Part shown: positions 35,924-60,772 of the stretch, one piece after another
How the letters are laid out: each line of letters begins with the position of its first letter
How positions within the stretch are numbered: position 1 is the stretch's first letter
Source of the DNA: Magallana gigas
Lineage: Eukaryota
Assembly: GCF_963853765.1 (NCBI RefSeq)
Contig: NC_088860.1
Span: 21,638,001 to 21,702,000, forward strand
Length of the DNA stretch: 64,000 bases
Direction: 5' to 3'
The notes under the pieces: generated by a model
What the model was told of the DNA's origin: nothing
Database searches by the model: none
The model's input: only the letters and a program-made list of their open reading frames with translations
Translations under genes and position numbers: made by a program

Positions 35924-36806
35924 ACATGTTTTGAGATTCGGCATCAAATAATACTGAGTTAACATGTCGGTCATCTTATCTATCTATAATAGATTTGTAA
36001 TTTCATTTCGAAATCAAAAGAAACATACACTAACATGTATATCAAGTTATTTCTTCCTTGTCTGTTTTTCCTGATCCTTCTATGCATAACTAAGCCCTGT
36101 TTGAACACCTGTATATTGAGAGTCCACGTACAGATGAACTGTATCAAGGCATTATACTTATTGGTTCAATTTTGTCTAAGTCAATGGACTTCCAAAGACA
36201 TTTTGACACAGAGTATCCATGTTCCATCTTCACAGTCTTAAGAAACCCATAACAAGAGGGGGGGGGGGGGTGGTACTCAAACTTTTTATTAGCTGATAAA
36301 GGGGAGGGCGCCTTTTCATTTTTACAATTTCCTGTCCCCCATCCGACCCAAAGATGGTTTATGTGATAAACATGTACATGTACTACCGATCCGATGGAAA
36401 TGTGACCTTGTTACAGTACATCTGTTTATCACAAACAGGCCAGTACGTGAATTACAGAATGTTTTGTATGTTAACTAGTGTAGAATAGGATGAATTATAT
36501 ATATATAGTGAAAACAGTCTGTCCTGGACCTGCATTTATAATTCTTCATATGGGGTAAAATGCCAGCCATGTCGGATTGTGCAATGAAATAAAATGGGTA
36601 TAATTTTACAGCGACATCAATACACACATATATAAATCTTTATATTTACATATCCAACAACTGGTTGGACTGAAAAAAAAATCTACTACGTGTGTTTAAA
36701 ATGTATATATAAATTCGTATTTAAACATGTACATAGTTTGTTCTCTTATAGTAGGAGCAGACGATATACAAAAACTCAGATATCGCTTTGGTGGTTCGAC
36801 ATTATA

Positions 36807-37177
36807 TAAATAGTGCCTGTTTAGGAGGGTAACAGTTGAAATTGACACCCCGAGAAAACCATTGTCAACCGACGCGAAGCGGAGGTTGACAATGGTTTTT
36901 GAGGGGTGTCAATTTCAACTGTTATCCTCCCAAACAGGCACTATTTATTTTGTTATACTGAATGTCTTTTTTAAAAATTTTAAGAAAATTTTACTGCTTT
37001 TATATAGGAATAACGTGAATTCTACAGCGAACCGTACGCGCATAATTTTCGCGCATGTAACATTTTTTAATGTTACCCGTTGCCAAGTGCGTTGCTAACG
37101 CTGAGGGTAATAGTAAATATTATTAACTGCGTCTTAACCAATCAGATTTCAGTATTTAACATGAAAGTATAACAATT
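36807..37177 (-). mobile_element. Young non-autonomous element: short internal IR pair plus 141-bp terminal hairpin (class uncertain; Helentron- or Crypton-like)
   Basis: 64-bp arms 36807-36870 and 36884-36947 with 5 mismatches by hand alignment; loop GACGCGAAGCGGA; IR pair TTGTTATACT (36950-36959) / AGTATAACAA (37166-37175). CpG-rich relative to flanks. Confidence 0.75.
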
Positions 37178-39392
37178 ACAAATATTTATGGTGTGTATAT
37201 TTTATTCAATTAAATATGGTTGAATAAGAGTATAATGCGTTTTCTTGTCAACATACAAGGAAGAATTCAGTGAATTACATAATCAAATGTTGTATCATTA
37301 CATAACTTGCCCATTGTTTCTCTTCTCGGCACATTCATATTGATTGACGATTTAACGAAATCCAAAATCATCTCAGAAAATTAATATGCTATTGTCGTTG
37401 GTAAAGCCTAGTGAATTAATACTTTATATATTATAGATAATAATGCTGATTTTTAGATCATGAGAAAAAAATCCATTAAAGTCAAAATTTTCCCAAGCCG
37501 AATGCACTTCTATAATCTTATTACCCTGTTTTGAATACTTCTTGAAATCTCATTTCGAGAGATAAAATATCTATACTTCTGTTCGTAGATAAGACTGTTG
37601 CATTTATTTTCATTGCAGACTGTTAGAGTTTATCTTTGACAATAGTAGATTAGCAGACCTGTAATTCAACTATATTTACTGGTGAAGAGGGTGGATGGTT
37701 CCTTTGGTCATCTCCTTAGCACCCCCATTCCACTGTAGTTCGTTTTTGATAGTACACAGGCACTTGACCTTATATATATTGCTCATGATAAAAAATACAT
37801 CTCCTAATACTTACTACTAAGGGAATATGTTTTTTATTTTAAGGAAAATATATAAAGTCAGGTGTCTATGAGAAAGAACTAGTTTTTTGGAAGGAAAAAA
37901 CCCCATCGACTCTCGTGACGAAAGCAAGAAAATGAAAACGGGAAACCAACCAAGTTCTGCATCATCAAACTATAGTCAAATATATCGAAATCACTAACTT
38001 TTCACAACAAATATTTGATGTCACTGCATATTTCATACAGGTTAAATAAATTCATTCCGCTTAATCTAAAAAAAAAATCCGATCGATAGCCAAGCAAGAA
38101 TAAAACCAGATATCCGATTAATTATTTAATACTGTAAATCCTTCTCTTTGGTAAATCTATAATAAATTAATATTACTACAGCAAAAGACTTGCCAGTAAA
38201 GTCTACATATGAGAACTGCATGTTCATATCAATTCTGCACGTGTAGTATAAATCCTCTAACATTATCAAAGTCTATAGTTATGATGCCAAACGTTCGTTT
38301 CTGCATGAATATCAAAATCGTTGTTGTTGTTGGATTGTTCCCATAGAGTACACTAGGGTCTTCTCATCCAGGAAAATTGTTTGGTCGTTTACATTGGTGA
38401 CCGGTGACTAATGAAGTGCTTACAGATAAACCCAGTGATATTGGCTTGCAGTTTCAAATAAGTTTTAACCTTGATCGCCCGAGATATCAAAAGATATGAG
38501 ATTTGATAAGCATGACTAAATTAGTGTATTGCGAAACGATTTATAGTGTAACATTGTATTGGTAGCATGTATAATTGACCCAGCAATTTAGTTACGACTT
38601 AACTTTAAAACTGTGATTTTCAGGAAATCCACAAAAATTTATGTCTACGAATATTAATAAAACCACAGTATGACTTGTGACCTGAATGGAGTAGCTCTAC
38701 AATATGTCTATATGTTCACAATTTCTATGTATATATACATATGTATATACTCAGAAGTGTGCCAATTTTTATAACTGAAGTTAAATAACCTAAACCGTTA
38801 TAGACAATTGTTTCAAAGTTACAGGACTGACTATGAAAAATTATAGATTTTCTTACATGTATGTTAAAATTTGTTTTTGAAATGAACTAACGCACATTAT
38901 ATTTTTTTTCAGTCAATGATGCGATATGTTAATTACCAGTTCTAATTATGATTTTTTCGGCTTGCATATTGCAAACGATGGTAGACGATTGAAAATATTA
39001 TTTAAACATTAAGTCTACAATATAGAAATAATTTCCTTTAATTAATATGTATATTATCGTCCTAATGTGATAATTTAAGTATTTTAAAATACATATATTT
39101 ACATTTTCCTTTTCTATTTTTTTTTAATGTAATTATTACATTGTACATTTGTGGTAATATCTCATTATGGCAGATGTGTCTGTGTACTGAAAAAAATGTT
39201 CACATTGATGATGTATTTACATGTATTTATACAATGCCTATAAACCATGTGGTTTTGAGCTAATAAACTATACTATATAATGACATCAAAAGGCGCAAAT
39301 GAATTCTGTATTTTTGATTTTAGAAGTGGGCGGGTGATGGTCAAAGGGCGGTAACTCTAGTTTTGTTTACAAATTATTTTGGTTGAGACAAA

Positions 39393-41481
39393 ATGCCCCT
39401 TAAAAATATCCCCAAGTGCCTGTCACCAAGCCTCCTGCATGCACTGGCATCTATGGGACATGGAGATGAAATTGGTATTTAAGTTTAAAAGTTTATTTAC
39501 AATGACAAAATTTTAACAGAATTTATTCCATTTTACTCGAATTTACTCTGTTTTCGTAAACAGCTAGTGTAATGTAAACGTGGCAAACCTCTCATTAACA
39601 TTCATAATAGGCTAATGCCTACAAAATCAGGCATAGATGTAGCAAAAATAGTACATGATCATCACATGTAATTTTTTTTCAGTACTAGCAGATGCCCATT
39701 TTCCAACATCAGCCTTGTGCAAAAATGGGCCATTGGAATTAAGGGCAGATGGTAAGGGAAACAACAAACCAACGAATTAATAGATAACATTGATGAAGAA
39801 GGGATTTAAAAAAAAAAAATTTCATATGGATGAAAATAACATTTTTTTTAGCATTTAAATATTACTATATGACAAAGATTTACCTTATAAAAAATACTGT
39901 TTCTTTATCATTGTTAATTTCACATGGTTTTTATTTACATACTTTGAAAACATACTGTTAGAACAGTTGTCTTTAGAAAATAACCAATATATCACAAGAA
40001 TGAAACCTAATAACATAAATATGTGATTTTAAATTATAACTGATATATATTTATTTGAAACCATTATATGTATATACTCTGACCCATAAATCTTTTATTT
40101 CATGTACAGGAGTTGATATACCAACACTCCTTGATGGAATCCTTCACTTACTTCCTCTTGACACTTATGTTAAATGCCCAGTAAGTTAATCAAATTACAT
40201 CTACAGTGAAACCTTGTTATCTTGAACTCCATGATACCAAAAAAAAATCAATTTTCCAAGGATTCAAGATATTGAAGAATAAACTTAAAGAATAAAGGAT
40301 TAACTTAAGAATCCAGATACCATAATATCTACAATCCATGGTATTAAAGACAAGTAAATTCAAAAGTATAAAAATTCTATTGGTTTTGTATTCACCAATC
40401 CTCAATATAATTAATGGCATAGCTAGGGCATGAGTTCAATCACAGTTATCACTAAATTTTATCATTTATTAATAATTATTCTAACAGGTAGCTTTAATGG
40501 ACCCAGTCCAAAGTGACAAAGACAGCAACATACAGATTCCTGTATGGGACAAATACAAGGAAATCGTGAAGCAAAGGGAGGGACCAAATGTAGGTCAAAG
40601 GGGCACCATCAAAAATAAGAAGAAATTCCTAGTATTTGAACCTTGGTATTCCAAAGTTTGTTTTGGTCAAGCATTCAGTGTTGTGTTCCTGTTGTAGGTG
40701 GAGATTGAATTTGTGGAAAGATTTGCATTTTATGACAGAGCCAAGACAGCTTATGCAATAGTCCACACAGGGTAATGTATTCTTGATATTATTGATATCT
40801 TCTCTCAATTATTTAACACATAATCATCTTTGCCAAAGTTTTGACCAAAAACATAACGATTTTTGTTTGGTCCAAAATGTATCTAAAAATTTAACAGATA
40901 ATTTTTTTTTTATTATAGATAATGATTACGGTATCTGATAAAGAATATGGTCTTGTATAAAATATCTGACATTTGACACACATTTAAAATATCTAATCAA
41001 GGACAGATAAGTTGTTGATTTCCTTTTAGATATACAGGTACACTCTGTATGATGCCTTGTTCATACTTATGGATTATGTACAGAATCACGGAATTAGTCC
41101 CAGTAATAACCTAATCAAAGTATCTGACACAGAATAATGTCTTAAATATCTGAAACAGAATAAAGTCTAAATTATCTGACACAGGATCTTGTTTCAAAAG
41201 AAAAAATTCATATGTGACTAGGAGTGATCTCATGTACAAATTCCGAGATTAATATCAAATACCTGATAAAGTATAATGATATCTTATTTACAGCATATCA
41301 AAAAAAAAGTTATTATTGTCTAGTTGATCACTTATGCCATATAAAATTTTGACATAAGTACACATAACGGGTATATATTCTACTTTGCTGAACATTATAA
41401 CATTTACCACTAATATTTCTTTTTCACAGAGAGATGGCCAAGTACGGGAACATTATTTTGAAGAAGGGGCTGGCTCTCTAA
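39393..41481 (+). CDS. FUOM: Fucose mutarotase, 6 exons, 149 aa
   Basis: Exons 39393-39474, 39683-39751, 40110-40180, 40488-40589, 40698-40771 and 41430-41481. RbsD/FucU motifs MGHGDEIVLADAHFP, FYDRAKTAYAIVHTGE and YGNIILKKG. Confidence 0.96.
40202..40370. mobile_element. Degenerate copy of the 4196-4374 MITE family (FUOM intron 3)
   Basis: TACAGTGAAACCTTGTTATCTTGAACT start matches TACAGTCAAACTTAGTTATCTTGAACT. Confidence 0.5.
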
Positions 41482-42074
41482 GAAGAATGACATTCGGCAT
41501 CAAACAGCACATCTTTATTTACCAGAAGATAACATTATATCAATCATTGAAGAGACTTGAAATTTTCACATCAATAATTTATTCAACATTCAACATTTAT
41601 AATTCATTTAAAATCATCTTTATACATGTATACATATATTTAAATATTAAATGTTTTAAACAATATTTCCCGACATCTGTTTTATTCAATCAATCCGCCA
41701 TTTATGAACATCATATATTTCCTTGTAATTCTTTCATGTAAGATTTCATTAGCTTTGCAGTGAATAACACTGCATGAAAAAGGGAAGGAAAAAACTCAAA
41801 TTTATAGCATGTCAGCTACTAGCATAAAAAATATCCATTGCAAACTTAACTCAACAAGGATCAACTTATAGCTAGCAATGTGCTCAACATGAACAAGGTA
41901 CACTAAGCTGATGAAGCAGTGCAAAGATAATCTACTAAAAATATCTCCATCAATAATTGCACATTTCCCGCATCATTCACCATTAGACTGTTGTTGAGCC
42001 CTCTGTCTGATATTAAAACTAAAGGGATTTGATTGTCTCCCTTATAAGTGTTGAGTCTGAATTGCCTCCCTTTG

Positions 42075-48536
<6,462 letters not shown>

Positions 48537-48758
48537 TCTGGTGACTGTTTTCTTTCCAACGTGTACACAATTCAAATGTAAAATTTAGAAGCATTCCGAA
48601 GTAAGATAAAATGAAAGTAGAGTTCCGAGTAAAACTTGACGTGGTTTCTCAAACGTTTGAGGCGATAGTTCAGTTGGGCATCCTTTTCAAACTGTAAATG
48701 ACACTGATTGATTTGTTACGGAAGATGCAGCTAACAAAATAATGAATTGTGTGTCGGA
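48537..48758. promoter_or_regulatory. Bidirectional promoter shared by STX18 and TM2D2
   Basis: Only 222 bp separate the divergent start codons; contains TGACGTGG (48637-48644). Confidence 0.8.
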
Positions 48759-48939
48759 ATGGCACCTTTTAGAAATATTTTACTGAATATTTTAGTTTGT
48801 TTCGCAGTATTTACATATTGTAGTTCACACGAATGCTACAGTGAAACATGCAGGACAGAATACGTTCCCCATGGACCATTGGTGCATTGTAAATTTTTGT
48901 AAGTTTAAAATGTGTTACACATTGTGTATATCTTATTCA

Positions 48940-49005
<66 letters not shown>

Positions 49006-51321
49006 GTGATTTTGCTCGGCTTGTTCTTTGGACTGACACCTATATACAAGAGAAGCTCTCACTTTTCATCTGATACATGTATTGGGGTCATCAAAATTGG
49101 GTAAATATCAACATTCTGTAGAATTAGATTGTTATGAAAATCATTTATTTATTAACCTGGGACCAGTGTTCTTCGCATTATTTTTTCATACATTTATTTA
49201 TGTGTTGATATAGTGATCTAACAATTAATGCACAGACAAGAAATGGTACATGGCAAGAATTGGTCTATGCCAGTTTGTGTTTTAAAAATCATCAATTATG
49301 GTATATTTGTTCAAGTGTTTAATACATGTAGTGTAGAAACTTTACTTAAATTTTCAAGACACAATATCTAGAAAGGCAAACTGATACAGTACCGATCAGA
49401 CCCAACCTAACACCAGAGGAAACCCCAACTAAACCTCAGGTTTACTTTTTGGGTGTACTCTGGGTTTACTTTTTGAAAATTTGGGTCCACTTGGGGTTTA
49501 CTTGGAAATTGCTTTTTAGGTCAACTGTACACACTGAAATGTGAAGTAGACACATCTTTTATCTTACCATCCTACTGCCTGTAATTCCTGCCCCTTGTAT
49601 ATTCTAAGTACACAGTTTGCGTCTGCTTTCAGGGGTATAGTTCTGAACAGGTTTACTCTCTGTGTCCACTCTGGGTTTATTCTGGGTTCACTCAAGTATA
49701 CCCAGAGTAAACCCAGGGTTTAGTTGGGGTTTACTTTCTGTTAGGTTGGGTCTGATCTGTACTGTATGGTGTAAAGCAAACTCATATCATGTATACACAT
49801 GTCATACATATTCTTAATATTGAGGGGAAATGAGAATAATTAAATTCTCATTCAGGAGAAAAGGTTTTAAGACTCTAGTTATAAATATTCAAAAGATGGT
49901 GACCTAGAGATGTAGCATCAGTCCAAATATCAAGCTGAGCTGAATCTTTGTCGAGATTATCTTCCTGTTCTTTTACGAAGATTCCAATAATTAATCAGTT
50001 TAGCAACTGTTTTAAATTTTTATTTTTCAGACCTTTGGAGTTTCTGAACTGTTCAGAGCCTTTAAATTTAAATGGTAATGAGACTAGAAAGAAAGAACTT
50101 GGCCATGGATGTTTGAAGGTAATTTTGTTAACACACATTATCTTTGAGATTATAATTATTTCAAAATGTTACGTGTAATGTATTATAAATGGAAAGATTT
50201 TTTTCTTGTTTTTACTAATATGGGCAAATTACAGGCATCCAAGTATTATATGTGCAGTATGGCCAGTTGAGAACTGATCTGTAACAATAAGTTTCAGGGA
50301 CCCATTTTATTTTGTTTTGTACAGAAATAAACACTGGTTAAAAGTAAATATTGTTGTCCAGATAACATATATCTTGATCACAAAAATAAGTCCTTGTAAA
50401 CCAGTTTATTTCCTGTAAATTATGTTATAAAGTCATTGCGAACACAAGTTGGTGTACAGTATTAACAGACAGAAGTTGTCTATGAATTAATTTTTTTAGG
50501 TTTACAGTATTAACTGATTATGTATTTAATTAAAGTTATATTTTCATATTTGAACGGTTTGAGATTAATGGCTTTATATTTAAACTATAAGCTTTTTTAA
50601 AATTAGACATTTTATTGAAATTGTGTAGTACGGAGGACAGAAACATGAGGAGATAGAATTCACTGGAGCAGTGTGTTCAGTGCTTCAAGGAGTGGAGTGT
50701 TATGGGAACAAGACCTTCATAAAGGACGGGTTTCCTTGCATCAAGTAAGTTATGAAGATTTTAGATTAGGCAAGTATTAATGTGTACAGTCTGAGCTTTT
50801 TTGCACCGTTAATTAATAATAAATCTGCTTGCACTGCTGTTATAAAAGGGGAATTACTTAATGCTTCAATTTTATGTTTATTAAGATTACAATTGAGTTA
50901 TTCCCCTTTTCAACTCTCAAAAAAAAAAAATCATGTCTTCTGCAAGTGTGATTGATCATGTAAAAAGTATTACAAAAAAGAATCATCTTTCTAAATATTT
51001 ATCATACAGGTAATATGAAAAACTGGTTACCAAAAGAAATTTGAATCTTTGAAGCTATACAGATTCATGTATTAAATTATTAATACATTGATTGGTTTGT
51101 CCTTTAGATACAATGGCCACTATTTTGTGACTACCCTCATCTACTCAGTGTTACTGGGATTCCTTGGGATGGACCGTTTCTGTCTGGGACACACAGGCAC
51201 TGCCGTGGGGAAACTACTGACCCTGGGTGGGGTGGGAATTTGGTGGATTGTGGACATTGTTCTCCTAGTGAATGGGATGTTGACACCAGATGATGGCAGC
51301 AATTGGGTGCCATATTACTGA
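48759..51321 (+). CDS. TM2D2: TM2 domain-containing protein 2, 4 exons, 185 aa
   Basis: Exons 48759-48898 (signal-peptide-like [23 protein letters not shown]), 50031-50118, 50629-50744 and 51108-51321. TM2 domain [38 protein letters not shown]; C-terminus [11 protein letters not shown] is typical of TM2D2. Confidence 0.93.
48942..49003. repeat. (TC)n microsatellite in TM2D2 intron 1
   Basis: ~31 TC units. Confidence 0.99.
49385..49766. mobile_element. Intact TA-flanked MITE (uninterrupted sibling of 18789-20135)
   Basis: TA-CAGTACCGATCAGACCCAACCTAAC ... GTTAGGTTGGGTCTGATCTGTACTG-TA, with many GGGTTTAC/GTAAACCC subterminal repeats. Confidence 0.88.
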
Positions 51322-53380
51322 AGCAGAGATCTCAAAAAACTAATTTTGTAACACGTCTGTTCTCTTTAAATATGTTGGAAGTGTGCTTTAATTTTTTTTC
51401 CTACTTTTTTTGGTTAAAATAACAATTATTCAGATGGTCATTGTGATACAATTGTTTGTGATAAGTGGAAAAAAGGAGGTGGAAGTGACCACAAAATGAA
51501 AATGATCATGTTGGCCCCACCATCAGCTAAAGGCTGAAGGGGGTTTGTAAATGTAAATCAAATTGTTCTACTACTACAATGTACATGTATATACTGATAC
51601 AATTTTCACACATAACTAATGATTATTTTAATCTGTATCAAATTATATTTGATAAAGTTTGATCCAAATGTACTTTAAAAATTTATTTATAATACAGTGA
51701 AACATGCTTATAGTGGATTGCCAGGGATGACCAGTTTTGATTTATTATAAGCGTATTTCATTATAACTGTTTAGTTTAAGATGTTTCAAGACTAAGGGGA
51801 ATAAAACTAACTTCGCTCTAAGCATGATTCATTGTACAATGTATGTTTGTTGTAACTATGTTTTACTGTACCGTTCTGTTTTCTGATTTTGAAAAAAAAA
51901 TCCATTCCTTTACACTGAATTCAGTAATTATTGGAATTGCTATATCACACTTCATTCTTAAGTTATATTATGTTAAGTTCAACACACAACGATTTGAAAC
52001 AAGATTTATTCATTTGGTTGTCTTATATACATGTACATTTATTATTTCTATGATTTTTAATACCAAATTTGTACCAATCTACAAGATATGAAAAATATGC
52101 ATTAAAATAAAAAAAATCTACATCTCTATTTTTCTTTCAAAATTCACAATTGTTTTGGTCTTGTATATAATTTAAAATAGATTGTTGAATGTTAACTAAA
52201 TACAAATACCAGTTGTTAAATGTGTTTTCTTGTTTGTTTAATACTTGTGTAAGCATTTTTACAATTCACCCATGATTTATCCATACAAAATATCAAATTC
52301 TCATAAAAAGCCTGACTATGTAATCCACAATGGACATATCCTGTATAATAGTTATTGCACTTTTTTGTGTGTGGAGAGTCACCAAAACAACCATGTGACC
52401 TCTATTGGACTTAATGTCATCCCAGTCTCCCAAAGGTTCAATATAAGGAACAAGTACTGGCCTGCTTCTCTATGAAATGATATTGTGAATGATTACACTG
52501 TGAGAAGTCTGAACAATATTTAATAATTTAAAGATTCATATTCCAACAAAGAACTTCCTTTATACCTAATTTCATCATTAGCTTATTTCTATAGAGACAA
52601 AACCAGTACTTGAAAAAACCTATTTTCCCCCAAAACATGGTGTCATTAAATTGGTAGTAGTTGAGGCCATGTGAAATAGCATACATGTATGAAGTGTGCA
52701 AGCACAAAATACAAAGGCAATTAAAAACTGAACACACAAAGCACCCAGGTGTGTGAATTTCATTACATTAGAAAGCCCCATATCTCCTACACAATGTTGT
52801 ACCTTGTAATTGAATTATTAACAAATAATGGAATTTACTGGTAAAAAGAGAGAATAGAAAGCTGAGCTTCCCTTTGACAAGATATTCTTATATAGCTACA
52901 GCTACAGTTCTTGTTTTAAAATGAATACCAGTATTAAATTACTACTGATAATTCTATGACGATTTCAAGCAAAATAAAAATGTCATTTGTTTGTAATTTA
53001 AAGACAACCCTTGTAACAAAAACGTCGCACAATGTCAAAAAAAAGACATACATGACTACCCAAAGCATTCTTGCACAGAGAGAGAGTGTGTGTGTGTGTG
53101 AACATAATTTTATTTACGTGAACCATGGAAGACCGGCTGGCCAACAGAATGATGCTAGTAAATTGGAATGCACCTTAAGTTTAGTGTATAAGGGCAAGAA
53201 TACATCATACCAGCACTAACAAATAAATAGGGCTCTTCAACTGTAAAACATTACAATACAACTGCTGCAAATTAATTGTATACACCAATGCATATACCAC
53301 TTAAAAAAGGTAAAAAAAAAAAAAGCACTTGTTCGATGTAAGTTGATCATAAATAATTCAGTCTCTAGTCGTATGCTGTA

Positions 53381-58956
<5,576 letters not shown>

Positions 58957-59387
58957 CTAAAATTTACTTCTCCAACTTGCAGACACATTCATTTATTGAT
59001 CGGAAGTGCATACAAGTTAGACCCAAGCTGGTAATAATTAATGAGTCCGGAATAGTTGCCATTCCCCACCATGTAGTTTCATATCAAAATATGAAAAAAC
59101 GAAATAAATTTGTGGATATCTAATGCAATATGCATATAGATCTATGCGACGATCCAGCCCCCCACCGGGGAGGGGGGGGGGGGGGGGGGCACCTGCCCTT
59201 TTTCCACAACCCATAAAAATCCAACTGCAAAATTCAATATTGAATACTGTATCTTCAAGATGAAGTTATGTTGAAAAACTGGTGATATCAAATAAAGTTG
59301 TTAAATTGCAGGATAAAAAGACATAATAACATTAAGTTCTATAAACGTATCATAAAATGATAATAACGTGATAAAAATGTTAAACTT

Positions 59388-59623
59388 CAGGGCATGTAGC
59401 ATCGTTTTCGAAAGTTGGGGGGGGGGGCGACTTATCATGACACCCCCCCCCCCCCCCAATAAAACAATATTCTGCAGATCCACAAATTCCAGGGTGGGGT
59501 ATAGTAGTACCTACAATACAACTGCTACAGTATTTTATCATTAATATTCAAAATGTAGGAGGCATGCCCTCCCTTCCCCCCTCCCCCCCCCCCCCCCCCC
59601 CCAATCCGATGCTACATGCCCGG
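59388..59623. mobile_element. MITE with poly-G/C tracts (relative of 35590-35923)
   Basis: TIRs CAGGGCATGTAGCATCG / CGATGCTACATGCCCGG. Confidence 0.7.
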
Positions 59624-60519
59624 ATCTTCGTTATTACATGACGTATACCCTGTTACCAAAGTTAAAATCGAAATAATGAGAGATATGAAGTCGTTTTCAA
59701 ACGTACACGGGCATGTATAATACTGTACAGACTACCTGATCCTGATTACAGGAAAAAAACACAACCCGCGTCAATAAACATTTTATTTTTATATACATGC
59801 ACTTATGCGCAAAACAAAAAAAAGGTAAATACGAAAGCCCTTTGAAATAATTTTCGTAAGTTAAAAAAAATATGATAAAGTTACTTCCTGATATTATTCG
59901 CGAAAATTTCGCATTTATTCACAAAGTTATGCCTTTATTCGCTAAAAAGTTTGTTTTTAAGTTTCAAAAATAATCTCACAGGGCTTTCATGTAGATCAGT
60001 GCTATCCGAATCAAAATTTGCATATGGCAATTAATATACACGATTCTTAGTTACCTTAATTTTTGTAAAGGACAGTACGTTACACAGAAGGAACAGCTTA
60101 ATCTCTTACTTATATGTGAGGGTTACAACATTTACTACTACAACTACTTGCATGTCTGGGGTCAGCCTATTTCAATTGTCAAGGGTACAGTTTCTTAAAA
60201 AAAAAATAATAATCATATTTGTCGTCATATGATGATAATTAAACCATCCACTCAGTGGAAAATTAAGGGTATAGAACCACTTTTTCAATGTGTCTCACAT
60301 GAGAGGTGAGATAACCCCCATGAAAAAATAGGGATTTCTAAAGGATAAATAACATATTAAACGATATTTACAAAATCCTTTTAGAATATAATATATTCTG
60401 TAGGATGAAAGTATTTCCTACAAAAAAAAAAAACAAAAAAAAAACGAAATAATTTTCAGTTTTGATTATTGAAACGTTTATTAAAATTATTTGTTTCAAA
60501 GCCAGTGCACTTATACAAG

Positions 60520-60772
60520 TAGAACCATTTTAACAAGACCTTGGACTTTCGGTAGAATGTCACCATCTATTTCTTGCGTCAAAACAAGTTAAAAATGACG
60601 CTGATTTCAAGCGAAATAAACACGATTGCGTAGTCTTAACTCAAAAGCCAGACAAATCGTGTTAATTTCAAAGAGCCATGGCTGAATGGCCAGCAATGAA
60701 ATAGACAGACCTACGTCACAATGCTGTTTAACACAACTACCCAAAGTCCACGCTCTTGTTAAAATGGTTCTA
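60520..60772. mobile_element. TA-flanked MITE with ~35-bp TIRs
   Basis: TAGAACCATTTTAACAAGACCTTGGACTTTCGGTAG ... CTACCCAAAGTCCACGCTCTTGTTAAAATGGTTCTA. Confidence 0.85.

Noticed and set aside
36035-37760. Short open frames at 36090-36250 (+) and 37680-37775 (-)
   Set aside because: No convincing splice partners or recognisable motifs.
48841-49104. ORFs with SLSLSL runs (also 35385-35600)
   Set aside because: Artefacts of (TC)n microsatellites.
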